Below are positions 1 through 10,436 of a stretch of DNA of 64,000 bases, piece after piece. The stretch comes from an uncultured Bacteroides sp. (GTDB lineage Bacteria > Bacillota > Clostridia > Christensenellales > CAG-917), in NCBI GenBank assembly GCA_964499325.1, contig CAZCKS010000001.1, forward strand, positions 5,627 through 69,626, in the 5' to 3' direction. The notes beneath the pieces were generated by a model. That model was not told the origin of the DNA and ran no database searches. It worked only from the letters and a program-made list of their open reading frames with translations. How positions within the stretch are numbered: position 1 is the stretch's first letter; each line of letters begins with the position of its first letter. The translations under genes were made by a program, and so were the position numbers.

Positions 1-2
1 CC

Positions 3-920
3 CTTACGATAGACGTTGTAGAAGAACTCTGCACGCACACCGTCCTACACGGAAAGATCGGCGATGAAGAGATTGTCGCCTATGGTGCGTCTGGGCTTGA
101 CGTTGTCGGCCAAGAGATAACGCTATATGCCGACATCGACAAGTTGCACCTCTTTGATAAAGAAAGCGAACAATCGATATTACCGCAATATTCGACGCAA
201 TCGACAGTTAACGCAACCAAAAACGGAGATAAACTGCGCGTTTTGGGAGGAACCATAAGTTTATCCGCTCAACAAGCAGAGAGCATGGATGACGGCGACG
301 TAAAGATTGTCATCCCCTCCAGCGCATTTATCGACGGAGACATTCCGCTGGGATGTAAAAAAGTTTTTGATACGGACAACGGAAGCGTCTCGCTTATTCG
401 CGCAGGCGGAAAGGATATGTATATCAACGGCGATTGGTCCGCAAAAACGTCCTTCTCTCTCGACGCAAGCAAGTTGACGATTATCGGTTCAAATACGATA
501 AACGCCATAAGCGAGGTATCTCGCTTTACGTTTGTCTTCTCAAAACGCAAGGAAAAAGAGGACGGCAAGCGCGTCGTCAATCACTACTGCTCTTTCGGCA
601 GAGACGCGGAAGTACAATCCTATTACGAATTCAACAAAAAAATGTATCGTCTGGGCAAAGGCATTTTCCACAAGGTGTACGCAATGTACATTGCAAGAAA
701 CAATGTACGCCTTGCCAAAGAGAACGAATGCTACCCCACAATCGACGCGTATGTTCAAGGCGTTGAAGATTACAAAAACAAACAATATTCTCGATTGCGC
801 ATAGCGGACACGTATATCTACTTGGACGGCGCACTCGAAAAGGGCAAAGTGGTTAAACTTGCCATAGATCTCGACAACGTACACGTCGGAAACGCCGACG
901 AAGACACTATACTCTTTTAA
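3..920 (+). CDS. ABC-transporter ATPase, MalK/MsmX-like C-terminal part (5' end outside window) with a ~245-aa C-terminal extension
   Basis: Frame 3 is open from nt 3. Hand translation of 3..143 gives LTIDVVEELCTHTVLHGKIGDEEIVAYGASGLDVVGQEITLYADIDK with no stop, and it runs into the listed ORF (LHLFDKESEQSI...). This resembles the regulatory C-terminus of sugar-import ATPases, which normally end just after the hFD.E(S/T) motif. Here the ORF continues to 920. Confidence 0.5.
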   Translation, partial: LTIDVVEELCTHTVLHGKIGDEEIVAYGASGLDVVGQEITLYADIDKLHLFDKESEQSILPQYSTQSTVNATKNGDKLRVLGGTISLSAQQAESMDDGDVKIVIPSSAFIDGDIPLGCKKVFDTDNGSVSLIRAGGKDMYINGDWSAKTSFSLDASKLTIIGSNTINAISEVSRFTFVFSKRKEKEDGKRVVNHYCSFGRDAEVQSYYEFNKKMYRLGKGIFHKVYAMYIARNNVRLAKENECYPTIDAYVQGVEDYKNKQYSRLRIADTYIYLDGALEKGKVVKLAIDLDNVHVGNADEDTILF

Positions 921-932
921 CGGAGGAACTTT

Positions 933-2423
933 ATGAAATTCAAAAAGACCGCATTATTGATTTGCGCAATAATCATGGTAATGGTTACCTCGACGCTCTT
1001 CTTTGCTTGCGATAAAACGGACGGCGGAGATTTTGCCGCCCCGACATACGCAGACGTATACGTCACAACCGGCACTATGTCCAAGTTGCTCTCAAGACAA
1101 TCTTCTATTGCCTTTAGCGACTACACCGAAAATGACGAATTGAGAGGCGTAACCGTCAGCGTAAACACAGATAAATCCTATCAAGAATTCTACGGCTACG
1201 GCGCGTCCCTCACCCACTCTTCGGCATACCTTTTGACGCAAGAGGGCGCAGAGGACATTGCAGAAGAAATGCTCCAAGAACTCTTTGGCACCAACGGCGC
1301 AAGATTAAATCTCGTGCGCATTCCCATCGGCGCAAGCGACTATATCGAGGGCGACGAATGGTTTACCTGCTGTGACCTCGATGACGATTACGATAGCGAT
1401 CTTGCACTTGAGCACTTCTCCATCTCTCACGACACCAATCTCATCAAGGTGTTAAAGCGCATAATGGAAATCAACCCCGACGTCAAGGTTTTTGCTTGCC
1501 CGTGGTCCGCTCCTGCTTGGATGAAAAACAATCACAGCCTCATCGGCGGTAAATTGGCAGAAACATACTATGACGTGTATGCGGAATATCTTGTAAAATT
1601 CATCGAAGTATATAAAGAACAAGGCATTGAAATAGACTATTTGTCTCTTATCAACGAGCCTTACGTCACTGCGGTTTATCCATATATGCGCATGGATGCA
1701 GAGACCGCAATCCCCGTCGGTGCGCTTGTGTCACAAAAACTCGGAGCAAAAGGATTGTCCGTAAAACTTCTCGGCTGGGAACACAATGTCACCACTGCAG
1801 CGGAAACATATATCTCTGCTGTAGAAGAAGAAAACATCTTTGACGGAATATCCTTCCACGGCTACACCGATGTCAAACGCGCAACCATCTCCGACGGATG
1901 CGATTTCATGAAAGAAAACTATCCCGATCAAGAGATATTTATGACAGAAATCACAGAGCATAGCGGTAGTATGGACTTTGCAAGCAACCTTTCCTATGCT
2001 TGTCGCTACACAACGGTAGATCCTATCAATCACGGTCTTAACGGCTCTATGTTCTGGAACCTTGTATTGCGCTCTGACGGCTCTCCGACAAACGCAAGCC
2101 ACAACACAGACTGCTACGGCGTCATCGATATGGATTATCAAGACAGTGAGTTTACTTACTCAAAGAATAGCGCGTACTATTCAATGGCTCACATCAGCAA
2201 ATTTGCATACCCCATCAACGGCGTATACCCCAAAGCATTGATGACGGAGTCTTCAAACGCAACGCAAATCTTTGCAAGCGCACTCATGAGGGCGGACGGA
2301 GCGATTGTCATAACCGCACTTAACGCATCCGACAAACTTCCCGAAAACGTCCACTTTGAAATAAACGGTCAAAAAGTTACCGTCAAGGTCCAACCGCAAA
2401 GCGTTGTGACAATCGTATGTTAA
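933..2423 (+). CDS. Glycoside hydrolase family 30 lipoprotein (glucosylceramidase / beta-1,6-glucanase / xylanase-type)
   Basis: Lipoprotein signal ends in LFFAC. GH30-like motifs: FYGYGASLTHSSA, LVRIPIGASDY, CPWSAPAWMK, LSLINEP. RBS ggagga lies upstream of the ATG. Confidence 0.8.
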   Translation: MKFKKTALLICAIIMVMVTSTLFFACDKTDGGDFAAPTYADVYVTTGTMSKLLSRQSSIAFSDYTENDELRGVTVSVNTDKSYQEFYGYGASLTHSSAYLLTQEGAEDIAEEMLQELFGTNGARLNLVRIPIGASDYIEGDEWFTCCDLDDDYDSDLALEHFSISHDTNLIKVLKRIMEINPDVKVFACPWSAPAWMKNNHSLIGGKLAETYYDVYAEYLVKFIEVYKEQGIEIDYLSLINEPYVTAVYPYMRMDAETAIPVGALVSQKLGAKGLSVKLLGWEHNVTTAAETYISAVEEENIFDGISFHGYTDVKRATISDGCDFMKENYPDQEIFMTEITEHSGSMDFASNLSYACRYTTVDPINHGLNGSMFWNLVLRSDGSPTNASHNTDCYGVIDMDYQDSEFTYSKNSAYYSMAHISKFAYPINGVYPKALMTESSNATQIFASALMRADGAIVITALNASDKLPENVHFEINGQKVTVKVQPQSVVTIVC

Positions 2424-2434
2424 GGAGGCAAACT

Positions 2435-3919
2435 ATGAAAAAGAAATATAGTGTATTGTTTATATCTCTGCTTATGGCGATTTTGTGCGTTTGCCTCGTC
2501 GCCTGCAACGACGCAGACGAGAGCCTCTCGCGCGATTATACCTATAACGACGTTTATTCCGCATACGAAATAACAAATGCGGAAATCAGACAAAACACTT
2601 TGTCCTCTTGCGACTATGTTATCACTTGCGATATCGCTCCGAGCGCAAGCGCAAAGGTATATATCTCTCGTTACGACTACGTAAAGGCAACTGATACTGC
2701 AATAGATTACACCGCAAACGATGGCAAATATTGCTTCTCCAACGAGATTAAGTCGGATTATTATTTCATTCATATTGTGGATGGCGAAAAACACGCTGTA
2801 CTCCCCTTGGCTCATCCGCAAATGGCTCCGTCTGCATCAAGCGTTCAAACATCGGACCGCAAGAGCGTGGAAGTCAATTACAATTTCGTACCAAAGACGT
2901 CTTGGAGTTCCTTCTGCGATCCGACGGGCAAATCCGTGTTTAAGAGCGCAACGTCAACCTTTGACGCAAGCACGGCAACCGTACTCAAACAAAACGTCAA
3001 AATCGACGACACATCCCCTGCGGTAGACTATTCTCCGAGTGATGAAGCCCCATACTATTTTGTGGTGCTTTCCTCAAAGAACGGGATTGTGAAATATATC
3101 AGCAAAGCGTTTGTCACGTTGGACAATATGTATAGCAACCTGACTGTCTCAATCGAAGAAGTCAACAATGTCGCTTCTCTCGTGCTTTCTGGAACGTTTA
3201 TCACTGATGGAGAAATCGCTATAGGTTTGCACAGCGACAATTCCGTTTTGGACAGTCCTGTAGACGTCTATGGCGAGCGAGTAAGCGGATTGGCAAATTC
3301 CACGTTTAAAGCAACTCTTGACATCACGCAAATAATAAGCAACAGTGGCGAAGGCGTATGGTTTGACATCAAGATTTCCACGACAAGCGGCGGTGTGTTC
3401 GACGCAACGCCAGACAATGCGGATATGATGCAAGAACTTCTTTCCGGAGACGTTAAGTTCGAGTTCCAAGCATATGGAGACGACCTCAAACTCAACTATG
3501 TCAAAGGCGTTTATTCCGCCGTTAATTCGGTGTCTATCGATACGACAGGCGTACCGACTCTTATTGTAAAGGGCAACACCGCAAGCAATGTAACGGATAT
3601 AAAAATCCACGCAAATACCGACAACAACGGCACGAACGCGGGCGAAAAACTCTGGGATAATCAATCGAGCGAAAGCGGTAAATTTGAATTTAGAATTGCT
3701 CTTTCCGAGTTGCCAACAATAGACGGCGCAACGCCTTGGTCTTGGTTCCATGTCTACACCTATATCGGCTCAGAAAAAACATCTGCAGACCTCAACAGAG
3801 GCAAGACACTGTCCGTTGACGACTATTTCGACTACAACGGCGTACGCTACACAATCAAGGCATGGTCTGACAACGGCAGTTACGGCAAAGGACTTGCTAT
3901 CCAAACGGAAAAAATCTAA
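2435..3919 (+). CDS. Lipoprotein of unknown function with a C-terminal 'PTL(I/V)VKG ... PWSWFHVY' module
   Basis: Start moved to the ATG at 2435 (RBS aaggagg at 2422-2428). Signal ends in CLVAC. The C-terminal ~125 aa align with the four repeats of the 5854..7899 product. Confidence 0.8.
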   Translation: MKKKYSVLFISLLMAILCVCLVACNDADESLSRDYTYNDVYSAYEITNAEIRQNTLSSCDYVITCDIAPSASAKVYISRYDYVKATDTAIDYTANDGKYCFSNEIKSDYYFIHIVDGEKHAVLPLAHPQMAPSASSVQTSDRKSVEVNYNFVPKTSWSSFCDPTGKSVFKSATSTFDASTATVLKQNVKIDDTSPAVDYSPSDEAPYYFVVLSSKNGIVKYISKAFVTLDNMYSNLTVSIEEVNNVASLVLSGTFITDGEIAIGLHSDNSVLDSPVDVYGERVSGLANSTFKATLDITQIISNSGEGVWFDIKISTTSGGVFDATPDNADMMQELLSGDVKFEFQAYGDDLKLNYVKGVYSAVNSVSIDTTGVPTLIVKGNTASNVTDIKIHANTDNNGTNAGEKLWDNQSSESGKFEFRIALSELPTIDGATPWSWFHVYTYIGSEKTSADLNRGKTLSVDDYFDYNGVRYTIKAWSDNGSYGKGLAIQTEKI

Positions 3920-3931
3920 CGGAGTACGTAT

Positions 3932-5254
3932 ATGAAAATAATTCAATCGTCTTACGCAGGCGACAGACTAAATGAAAAATCTGTGGCAAAGCCCTTTGAA
4001 GGCATTGTCAACGACGTCGTTGTGCGCTCCAATATCACCTACCAAACGCACATGGGCTTTGGCGGTGCAATCACAGATGCCACAATAGATAATTATGAGA
4101 AATGCTCCGATGAAGTAAAGGCTCAAATTATCAAAGCATATTACTCAAAAGAGGGTTTAGGCTACAATTTGGCACGTTTAACCGTGCATTCATGCGATTT
4201 CTGCGCTGAAAGTTACGTCTACACGGACGGCGACGACATGTCCACATTTGACTTTTCCAAAGAGGATGCAGGGCGCAATCCGTTTATAAAACTCTGCCAA
4301 AAAGAGGCGGATAATAACATCACGTTCTTTACCGCTCCATGGTCTCCACCGACCTTTGCAAAGACCAACGGCGATATGAATCATGGCGGAAAACTCAAAG
4401 AAGAATACCGCACTTTCTGGGCAGAATATTACGCAACTTACCTTGAAGAACTTGAAAAAAGAGGCATACACGTCTCTTATGCAAGTGTGCAAAATGAGCC
4501 AGAAGCAATCCAACGCTGGGAATCGAGAGAGGTTGACGCCTTTGAGGAGGGATACGAAATAAGAGATTATCTCGCGCCTGCTTTCAAACGTCACAATCTC
4601 AATACAAAGTTCTATCTGTGGGATCACAACCGCGACAGAGTCGTGCGTAGAACGATAGATACTCTTTCTATTGACGGTGTAAAGGAACACGTGTGGGGCG
4701 TAGGCTATCACTGGTATTGTTGCGACAAATACGAGAATCTCTCTGCCCTACACACACTCTATCCCGATATGCACATTTTGCTTACCGAGTGTTGTGTGGA
4801 ACTTGCTCACGATTCCACAACAGGACAACCCGTTGCGTCTGGGCTTTGGCGAAACGGCGAAAGATATTCCGAACAAATTATCGGCGACCTCAACAACTGG
4901 TCGGAAGGCTATATAGATTGGAACTTGCTTCTTGACGAAAACGGCGGTCCCAACCACGCAAACAACTTCTGCGAATCCCCGATTATGCTTGACGGAAAAG
5001 GCGGCCTTACAATCAACCCCAGTTATTGGCATATCGCCCACTTTTCCAAATTCATTATGCCGGGAGCAAAACGAGTGCTGTGCGCAGGCGGTGTAAGCGG
5101 AGTAAGCCAAACAGCGTTTGTCAATCCCGACGGAAGCAAGGTGGTTGTCATTCTTAACACAACCGAGCGCGACTTCGACACAAATCTCGACGTAGACGGC
5201 TCTGTCGTGGGATTGAAACTTGAAAAACGCTCTATCGTCACGGTGCTTGTATGA
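3932..5254 (+). CDS. Glycoside hydrolase family 30, no signal peptide (cytoplasmic)
   Basis: Motifs HMGFGGAITDA, LARLTVHSCDF, APWSPPTFAKTNG, SVQNEPEA. Confidence 0.8.
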   Translation: MKIIQSSYAGDRLNEKSVAKPFEGIVNDVVVRSNITYQTHMGFGGAITDATIDNYEKCSDEVKAQIIKAYYSKEGLGYNLARLTVHSCDFCAESYVYTDGDDMSTFDFSKEDAGRNPFIKLCQKEADNNITFFTAPWSPPTFAKTNGDMNHGGKLKEEYRTFWAEYYATYLEELEKRGIHVSYASVQNEPEAIQRWESREVDAFEEGYEIRDYLAPAFKRHNLNTKFYLWDHNRDRVVRRTIDTLSIDGVKEHVWGVGYHWYCCDKYENLSALHTLYPDMHILLTECCVELAHDSTTGQPVASGLWRNGERYSEQIIGDLNNWSEGYIDWNLLLDENGGPNHANNFCESPIMLDGKGGLTINPSYWHIAHFSKFIMPGAKRVLCAGGVSGVSQTAFVNPDGSKVVVILNTTERDFDTNLDVDGSVVGLKLEKRSIVTVLV

Positions 5255-5838
5255 AAAAGCAATATAAAACATTGCTGATAATCATCGCCGTGCTTGCCGT
5301 CTTGCAAATAGTCGGCGGAATTGTGTACACGTCCATTGTCGGCGCACAAGAAAAGGAATATACATACGTGACGTGCACCGTCGTCAAGGTTGAGACCGAG
5401 CAACAAGAGGACGAAAGTTATCTTGTTACAGGCATAACCGTCACTTATGAAAACGACAAGGGCGAAACGATTACCGCAACCATGCAAGACTTCCCCTCTT
5501 CTTTTGCGGAGGGCAAAAGTTTTGAGGCAAGATACAAGGACAATCCCCTCTCGCTATCGGCGGAAAAAACAGACTGGTTTACCCCCGTATTCCTGCTTTG
5601 TTTGGGCGTATGCTATGCAATCGGCGCAATCGTGATGTATGCAATGCGCAAGAAGATGGGCTTGTATGCTCTTGACAACGAAGAAAAGGACGACACACCT
5701 ATAAACGAGGACGATTGGCATATCTATGACGAGCGTGCCGACGCCGTCAACAAACAAGTAGAGGAAGAAACCGCCTCCGCCACACAAACAAATCTTACGG
5801 AGGAAAACTCCGAAGAATTAGATCAACAAAAAACCTAA
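5251..5838 (+). CDS. Small membrane protein (TM - beta-rich domain - TM - acidic tail; DUF3592-like architecture)
   Basis: ATGA start/stop overlap with the upstream gene. Two hydrophobic segments (LLIIIAVLAVLQIVGGIVY and FTPVFLLCLGVCYAIGAIVMYA) flank a soluble domain. Confidence 0.5.
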   Translation: MKKQYKTLLIIIAVLAVLQIVGGIVYTSIVGAQEKEYTYVTCTVVKVETEQQEDESYLVTGITVTYENDKGETITATMQDFPSSFAEGKSFEARYKDNPLSLSAEKTDWFTPVFLLCLGVCYAIGAIVMYAMRKKMGLYALDNEEKDDTPINEDDWHIYDERADAVNKQVEEETASATQTNLTEENSEELDQQKT

Positions 5839-5853
5839 ATAAAGGAGAAAATT

Positions 5854-7899
5854 ATGAAAAAAGCAAAACGTTTTATCATTGCGTTATTGTGCATTGTGCT
5901 TTGCTTGTGCCTCTTTGTTGCTTGCAACGATGACAATCAAGACGACAAAGGCAACGACGACACTCCGCACACGCACGATTATTCCGCTTGGGGACACAAT
6001 GAAACCACCCACTGGAAAGAATGCCCGACGGACCACGAAAGAGACGCAACGACGATTAGATCACACGTTGATGCCGACAGCAACGGCGTATGCGATGATT
6101 GCGGTTATGAAATGGGCATCCCCTTCTCTTTCGCAATCGCAGGCTCGGACAAGGCTCTCAACGGCTTGACGGTGACAATCACAAGCGGTGAAAACAACTT
6201 CTCTGCAATGATTGACAACGGCAAGTTCACTCTTGCAACGGGCACCACCGTTCCGCAAGGCACATACACTGTAAGCCTTGACGGTTACTATGACGGCACT
6301 CTTACAGTCGCCGAAGACGGCACTGCCAATGCAGTTACCCTCAACCCGATTGTGGACAGCGTAGAAATCACAACGATTGACGGCGTTCCGACATTGGTTG
6401 TAAAAGGCGCACAACCTGCAACGCACAACACCGTAAAACTTCACGCAGAAGGAAACGGCGCACACCTCTACTGGGATAACGTGTCAACTCAAAAGGGCGC
6501 AGTGGAATTCCGCGCACCTCTCAACACACTTCCTCTTCCCGGCACGCCTTGGTACTTCTTCCACATCTACGGCTCTACAGAGGCTAATGCAGAAAACGCA
6601 AACTTGACCAAACTCAAAGACCTCGATAGAGGCGACATCGCAACCACTGCATCTTATGTCTATGACAATGTCAAATACAGTGTAATTGTGAACGGCGACA
6701 GCACTCAACTTGTCCTCCAACCCACATCCCACACTATCGCAATAGGCAACGTGTCAATCAATCAAGCAACGGCAACTCTTACCGTAACGGGTACAGTTCT
6801 TGACGGCGCAACCGTAAACAACGTCAAAATCCACGCAGACCGCAACAACGGTGACGACAAACTCCACGTATACAGCGATGCCGCAAAAGTTACGGACGGT
6901 GCGTTTACAGTCACGCTCAACCTTACAACGCTTGAAAAATCCGGCGACTGGTATTGGTTCCACGTATATGCAACCAAAGACGAAACCGTCACCAACGATA
7001 CCGTTTGGGCATCCACAAACCTTGCAATCGACGCAAGCATGAAGAACACTTACTTCGATTACACCACCGACGGCGCAAGCGGAACTCGTTTCAAAATCGA
7101 AAACCAAGACCAACTCGCACTCGTTGTTAGCGAAACACCGCAAGCAACCGTCACGTCAATCGCATTTGACACCACCGACGGCGCAAAACTCGTTGTCAAA
7201 GGCACATCCCCAACATACGTTCCCTGCATCAAATTGCACGCAAGCAGAGACACTACTCATCTCTATGGCAACAACGTGTCAACTACCGCAGGTCAATTTG
7301 AACTTGTATTCGACGTAACACAACTTACCGATTGGTTCTGGTTCCACGTTTACGTATACGCGGAAGCAAATCCGACAGATTTGCAATCTCCTGCACAATC
7401 AATTAATTTGCAAAGAGGCAACCTCATCGAGGCAGGCACATCTTGCTATACGGCAGACAAACAATATAGAGTTCAACATGAAAGCCAACTTGTTATTGCG
7501 CCTTCAAGCATACCGGCTGTATATGCAACGTCTGTCACGATTGACGAAGCAACAGGCATTATGACGGTAGTAGGCAAAGTTGCAGACGGTATCACGGCTG
7601 TTATAATTCACACAGACAATAGCGGTCAAAATTACCTCGGAAACGTGGCTGTTGTTGAAAACGGCACGTTCACCGCAACGTTCAACCTCACGCAACTTCC
7701 GAAAGAAAACACGCCTTGGTGCTGGTTCCACTTCCTTTACACCAGCGATGAAAACCCTTCGATGGAAAGTTCGACAACCCAAGTCAATTTCGATAGAAAC
7801 GGACTTCTTGCACAAGGTTATCAATTTGAAAAAGACGGTGTCATTTATAAGGTCATACAAAATAATCAAGACCACATCCTCATTATTCAACCCAACTAA
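5854..7899 (+). CDS. Lipoprotein with four tandem ~125-aa 'W-x-W-F-H-V-Y' modules and an N-terminal His/Cys-rich segment
   Basis: Signal ends in LFVAC. Four repeats each contain (V/L)VVKG...(V/I)K(L/I)HA...F(E/T)...L...(T)PW(Y/C/F)(F/W)FH(I/V/F)(Y/L). N-terminal segment reads HTHDYSAWGHNETTHWKECPTDH...CDDCGYEM. Confidence 0.85.
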   Translation: MKKAKRFIIALLCIVLCLCLFVACNDDNQDDKGNDDTPHTHDYSAWGHNETTHWKECPTDHERDATTIRSHVDADSNGVCDDCGYEMGIPFSFAIAGSDKALNGLTVTITSGENNFSAMIDNGKFTLATGTTVPQGTYTVSLDGYYDGTLTVAEDGTANAVTLNPIVDSVEITTIDGVPTLVVKGAQPATHNTVKLHAEGNGAHLYWDNVSTQKGAVEFRAPLNTLPLPGTPWYFFHIYGSTEANAENANLTKLKDLDRGDIATTASYVYDNVKYSVIVNGDSTQLVLQPTSHTIAIGNVSINQATATLTVTGTVLDGATVNNVKIHADRNNGDDKLHVYSDAAKVTDGAFTVTLNLTTLEKSGDWYWFHVYATKDETVTNDTVWASTNLAIDASMKNTYFDYTTDGASGTRFKIENQDQLALVVSETPQATVTSIAFDTTDGAKLVVKGTSPTYVPCIKLHASRDTTHLYGNNVSTTAGQFELVFDVTQLTDWFWFHVYVYAEANPTDLQSPAQSINLQRGNLIEAGTSCYTADKQYRVQHESQLVIAPSSIPAVYATSVTIDEATGIMTVVGKVADGITAVIIHTDNSGQNYLGNVAVVENGTFTATFNLTQLPKENTPWCWFHFLYTSDENPSMESSTTQVNFDRNGLLAQGYQFEKDGVIYKVIQNNQDHILIIQPN

Positions 7900-7912
7900 A
7901 TAGCGGTAACGT

Positions 7913-7946
7913 AAAAGCCCTTTGCCATATCGGCAAAGGGCTTTTT
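7913..7946. terminator. Intrinsic terminator, bidirectional (between convergent genes)
   Basis: aaaagccctttgcc / ggcaaagggctttt stem flanked by an A-run and a T-run. Confidence 0.8.
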
Positions 7947-8000
7947 CATTATATTGTTTTTCGCTACGTTTTACACCGATTTTAAAACGTTGTGTTTACA

Positions 8001-10319
8001 TCAAAACACAACCGAACTTGCGCCGTATATCACGTATTCGCCAACTCTTGTCGGGGATAAGTGGTTGAAGTTTTCCCCTCTAACATTCGGCACGATGTAT
8101 ACGCTCAAACAAAGTTGACCATTTTGCGTGCTGTATTCAAGCAATTCTTGCAATTCCGCCTTGCTCTCGATATACAAGTCAACCGTCTTTGTACCTATGT
8201 TTATAAAGGTATTTTTGTAGGTGTTGTAAGCACTGTATGCAACAGGTTGTTCCATACTGCTCTCGTGCGTGTTGAGTATATCCGCGTCCGTGCGCAAGAA
8301 ATAAGAATATGTCAGATATTCGTCCACCTGCACAGGATTTTCGCTTGTCTTGACAGACGCATCACCCCACGTGGTATCTACAACATACCACTCTTTCACG
8401 CCGTCGCCGTTGGCGTCAAGAAGAACTTTGTTCCAAGCATGCCCTGCCTTTGCCTTTTGCTCTTCGGTGAGCGAGGACAATTCTGCATTGGCATATCCTC
8501 TTATACGCAGTGCCTTTATGCCTTCCATTCCGCAAAGAAGTGCGAACGCCTTGGATTTTCCGTCGCACACCGCCATGCCGTCATTGAATACGCCTTCAAG
8601 ATAAAATGCGTTATATCCGCTACCGCTTGCGCCGACCGAGGATTGTGCCACTTCATAATCATAACTTATCTCATACACAATCCAATCATAGATGACGGCT
8701 ACCTTTTGGAGGTCACTCATATCGTCCGTAATATATTTTGTCAACACATCTCTTGCCTTTTGATATAGCGCAGAGAGTGCCGTGGCATTTTCTCCCTCGA
8801 ATTTGGGCTTATAACCGTTTGAAACAGCACGATAAAGAGCGTTGGAATCTTCCACGACAAGTTCGGTGTAACTATCAACAGGCAATGTCGCCCTTGTACC
8901 GTTTTGCTCTTCATATCGCACATACGCTCTGGCTTGATTTACCTGCACGCTGCTCTCGTGTTTACCGCTCGGAATCCCGAACACTGTATCTTGCATATAC
9001 TTGATTGTGCCCTCAACGCCTTCTATGGTCGCACTATATACAAAAGAGCCGGACTCGTCTATATTGCTCATTGCTGCGGCGCACTTTTCTTTGAACACAT
9101 CAATATTTCTCCAACTGTCCACTGCAAGATACATATCGTAAGCGACGTCAATTTTGTGCTTTGACACCGCATACGAGACATAGGCATTCAAATCTCGTTG
9201 AGAGGATATGAATGCGTCACAATTATTGCCGTCCCATACAAATTTATTGTCTATGCTCGCCTTAATCTCGTCTGTCAATTCGCTATATGCCGTCGGAAAA
9301 ACATAAACGATAATCTGTCTGCTTTCCACATTTTGTATGCTTGCTTTTATGACGTTTTTGCCTTGATTTAGGGGGATTTGTGCGCTTCTGCCGTCGTCAT
9401 CGAGGATATTTTTCGTATCGCCCGAGTAAACCGTCCAAGTGCAATATGCGTCTTGCTTTGCCTTGTCCGGATAAAGGAGAGTGGTAAAAGACACGCTTGC
9501 GTCGTCTGCGTCTGATTGCAAATAATAGTGCCCCTCGCTCAATCTTTGCAGTTTTCCACCATCTTCCGACGGCGTTATCTTTACGCTTTGCGCAACTTCA
9601 TAATGGGACACAAACGACAAAGTTATGCTTGCGCTCTTCGTTACGCTATCATCTTGCGTGGTATATCCGATTTCTACAAGTATCTCTATCGTGCAATCCC
9701 TTGTGATGTCTGACACCACATACACATAAGTTTCCTCTTGAGAAACACTTGTGCCGTTCGCATACCAGTTGACATCTATTTGCAAGTCCTCGTCGATATA
9801 ATCCTTATTCCAACTCACCGTGAGAGAAACATCACTTATTTCTTCGGCTCGATTTTGCTGTATCTGTCCCCCTGTTATGTTGTGTGTACTACTTGAAATT
9901 ACGGGGTCGGAAAGCGGTGCGATTTGAGGCGTTATCTTAATCTCGTCGGTTGTTATGCTGTCATTGACGACGGCATAAAACACATAGGTATGTCCCACAT
10001 CCGAGCGGTTAAACGTATACGAAATCGTTTTAGTGTCCGCAACCGTTTCGTCTTGCTCTTCGCACTTGATGTGCCATGCTATGGCAGGAGAGACAACACG
10101 CTTGTTGTGCCAGTCCACACTCAATGTAAACTCTGTGCCTATGGTAGTGATATAGCCGTCTTCGCCCTCTTCGAGCCCGCTCTCTACGACGATATCCGCC
10201 TTTGTCACTTCTCTTAAAGCCTTGAAAAGTCCGCATGCGGAAAGCATCACACACAATAGTGCAATCATTACCGCAACGAGCGACACGGTTAAAATTTTCT
10301 TCTTGTATGAGTTGTTCAT
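8001..10319 (-). CDS. Membrane-anchored transglutaminase-like (Cys-His-Asp) protein with a long N-terminal beta-rich region
   Basis: N-terminal TM segment. C-terminal half has GMAVCDGKSKAF ... GHAWNKV ... VVDTTWGD, the transglutaminase-like cysteine protease core pattern. Confidence 0.7.
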   Translation of the reverse strand: MNNSYKKKILTVSLVAVMIALLCVMLSACGLFKALREVTKADIVVESGLEEGEDGYITTIGTEFTLSVDWHNKRVVSPAIAWHIKCEEQDETVADTKTISYTFNRSDVGHTYVFYAVVNDSITTDEIKITPQIAPLSDPVISSSTHNITGGQIQQNRAEEISDVSLTVSWNKDYIDEDLQIDVNWYANGTSVSQEETYVYVVSDITRDCTIEILVEIGYTTQDDSVTKSASITLSFVSHYEVAQSVKITPSEDGGKLQRLSEGHYYLQSDADDASVSFTTLLYPDKAKQDAYCTWTVYSGDTKNILDDDGRSAQIPLNQGKNVIKASIQNVESRQIIVYVFPTAYSELTDEIKASIDNKFVWDGNNCDAFISSQRDLNAYVSYAVSKHKIDVAYDMYLAVDSWRNIDVFKEKCAAAMSNIDESGSFVYSATIEGVEGTIKYMQDTVFGIPSGKHESSVQVNQARAYVRYEEQNGTRATLPVDSYTELVVEDSNALYRAVSNGYKPKFEGENATALSALYQKARDVLTKYITDDMSDLQKVAVIYDWIVYEISYDYEVAQSSVGASGSGYNAFYLEGVFNDGMAVCDGKSKAFALLCGMEGIKALRIRGYANAELSSLTEEQKAKAGHAWNKVLLDANGDGVKEWYVVDTTWGDASVKTSENPVQVDEYLTYSYFLRTDADILNTHESSMEQPVAYSAYNTYKNTFINIGTKTVDLYIESKAELQELLEYSTQNGQLCLSVYIVPNVRGENFNHLSPTRVGEYVIYGASSVVF

Positions 10320-10436
10320 ATCTCACCTAATCATTGCGCCAATGGCGACTTGTATTGTAATTATTTTATAATTAGCACATCTTATTGTCAACACCTACTG
10401 TTGCTAAACAAAGAAATGTGTGCTAAAATGCTTTGT

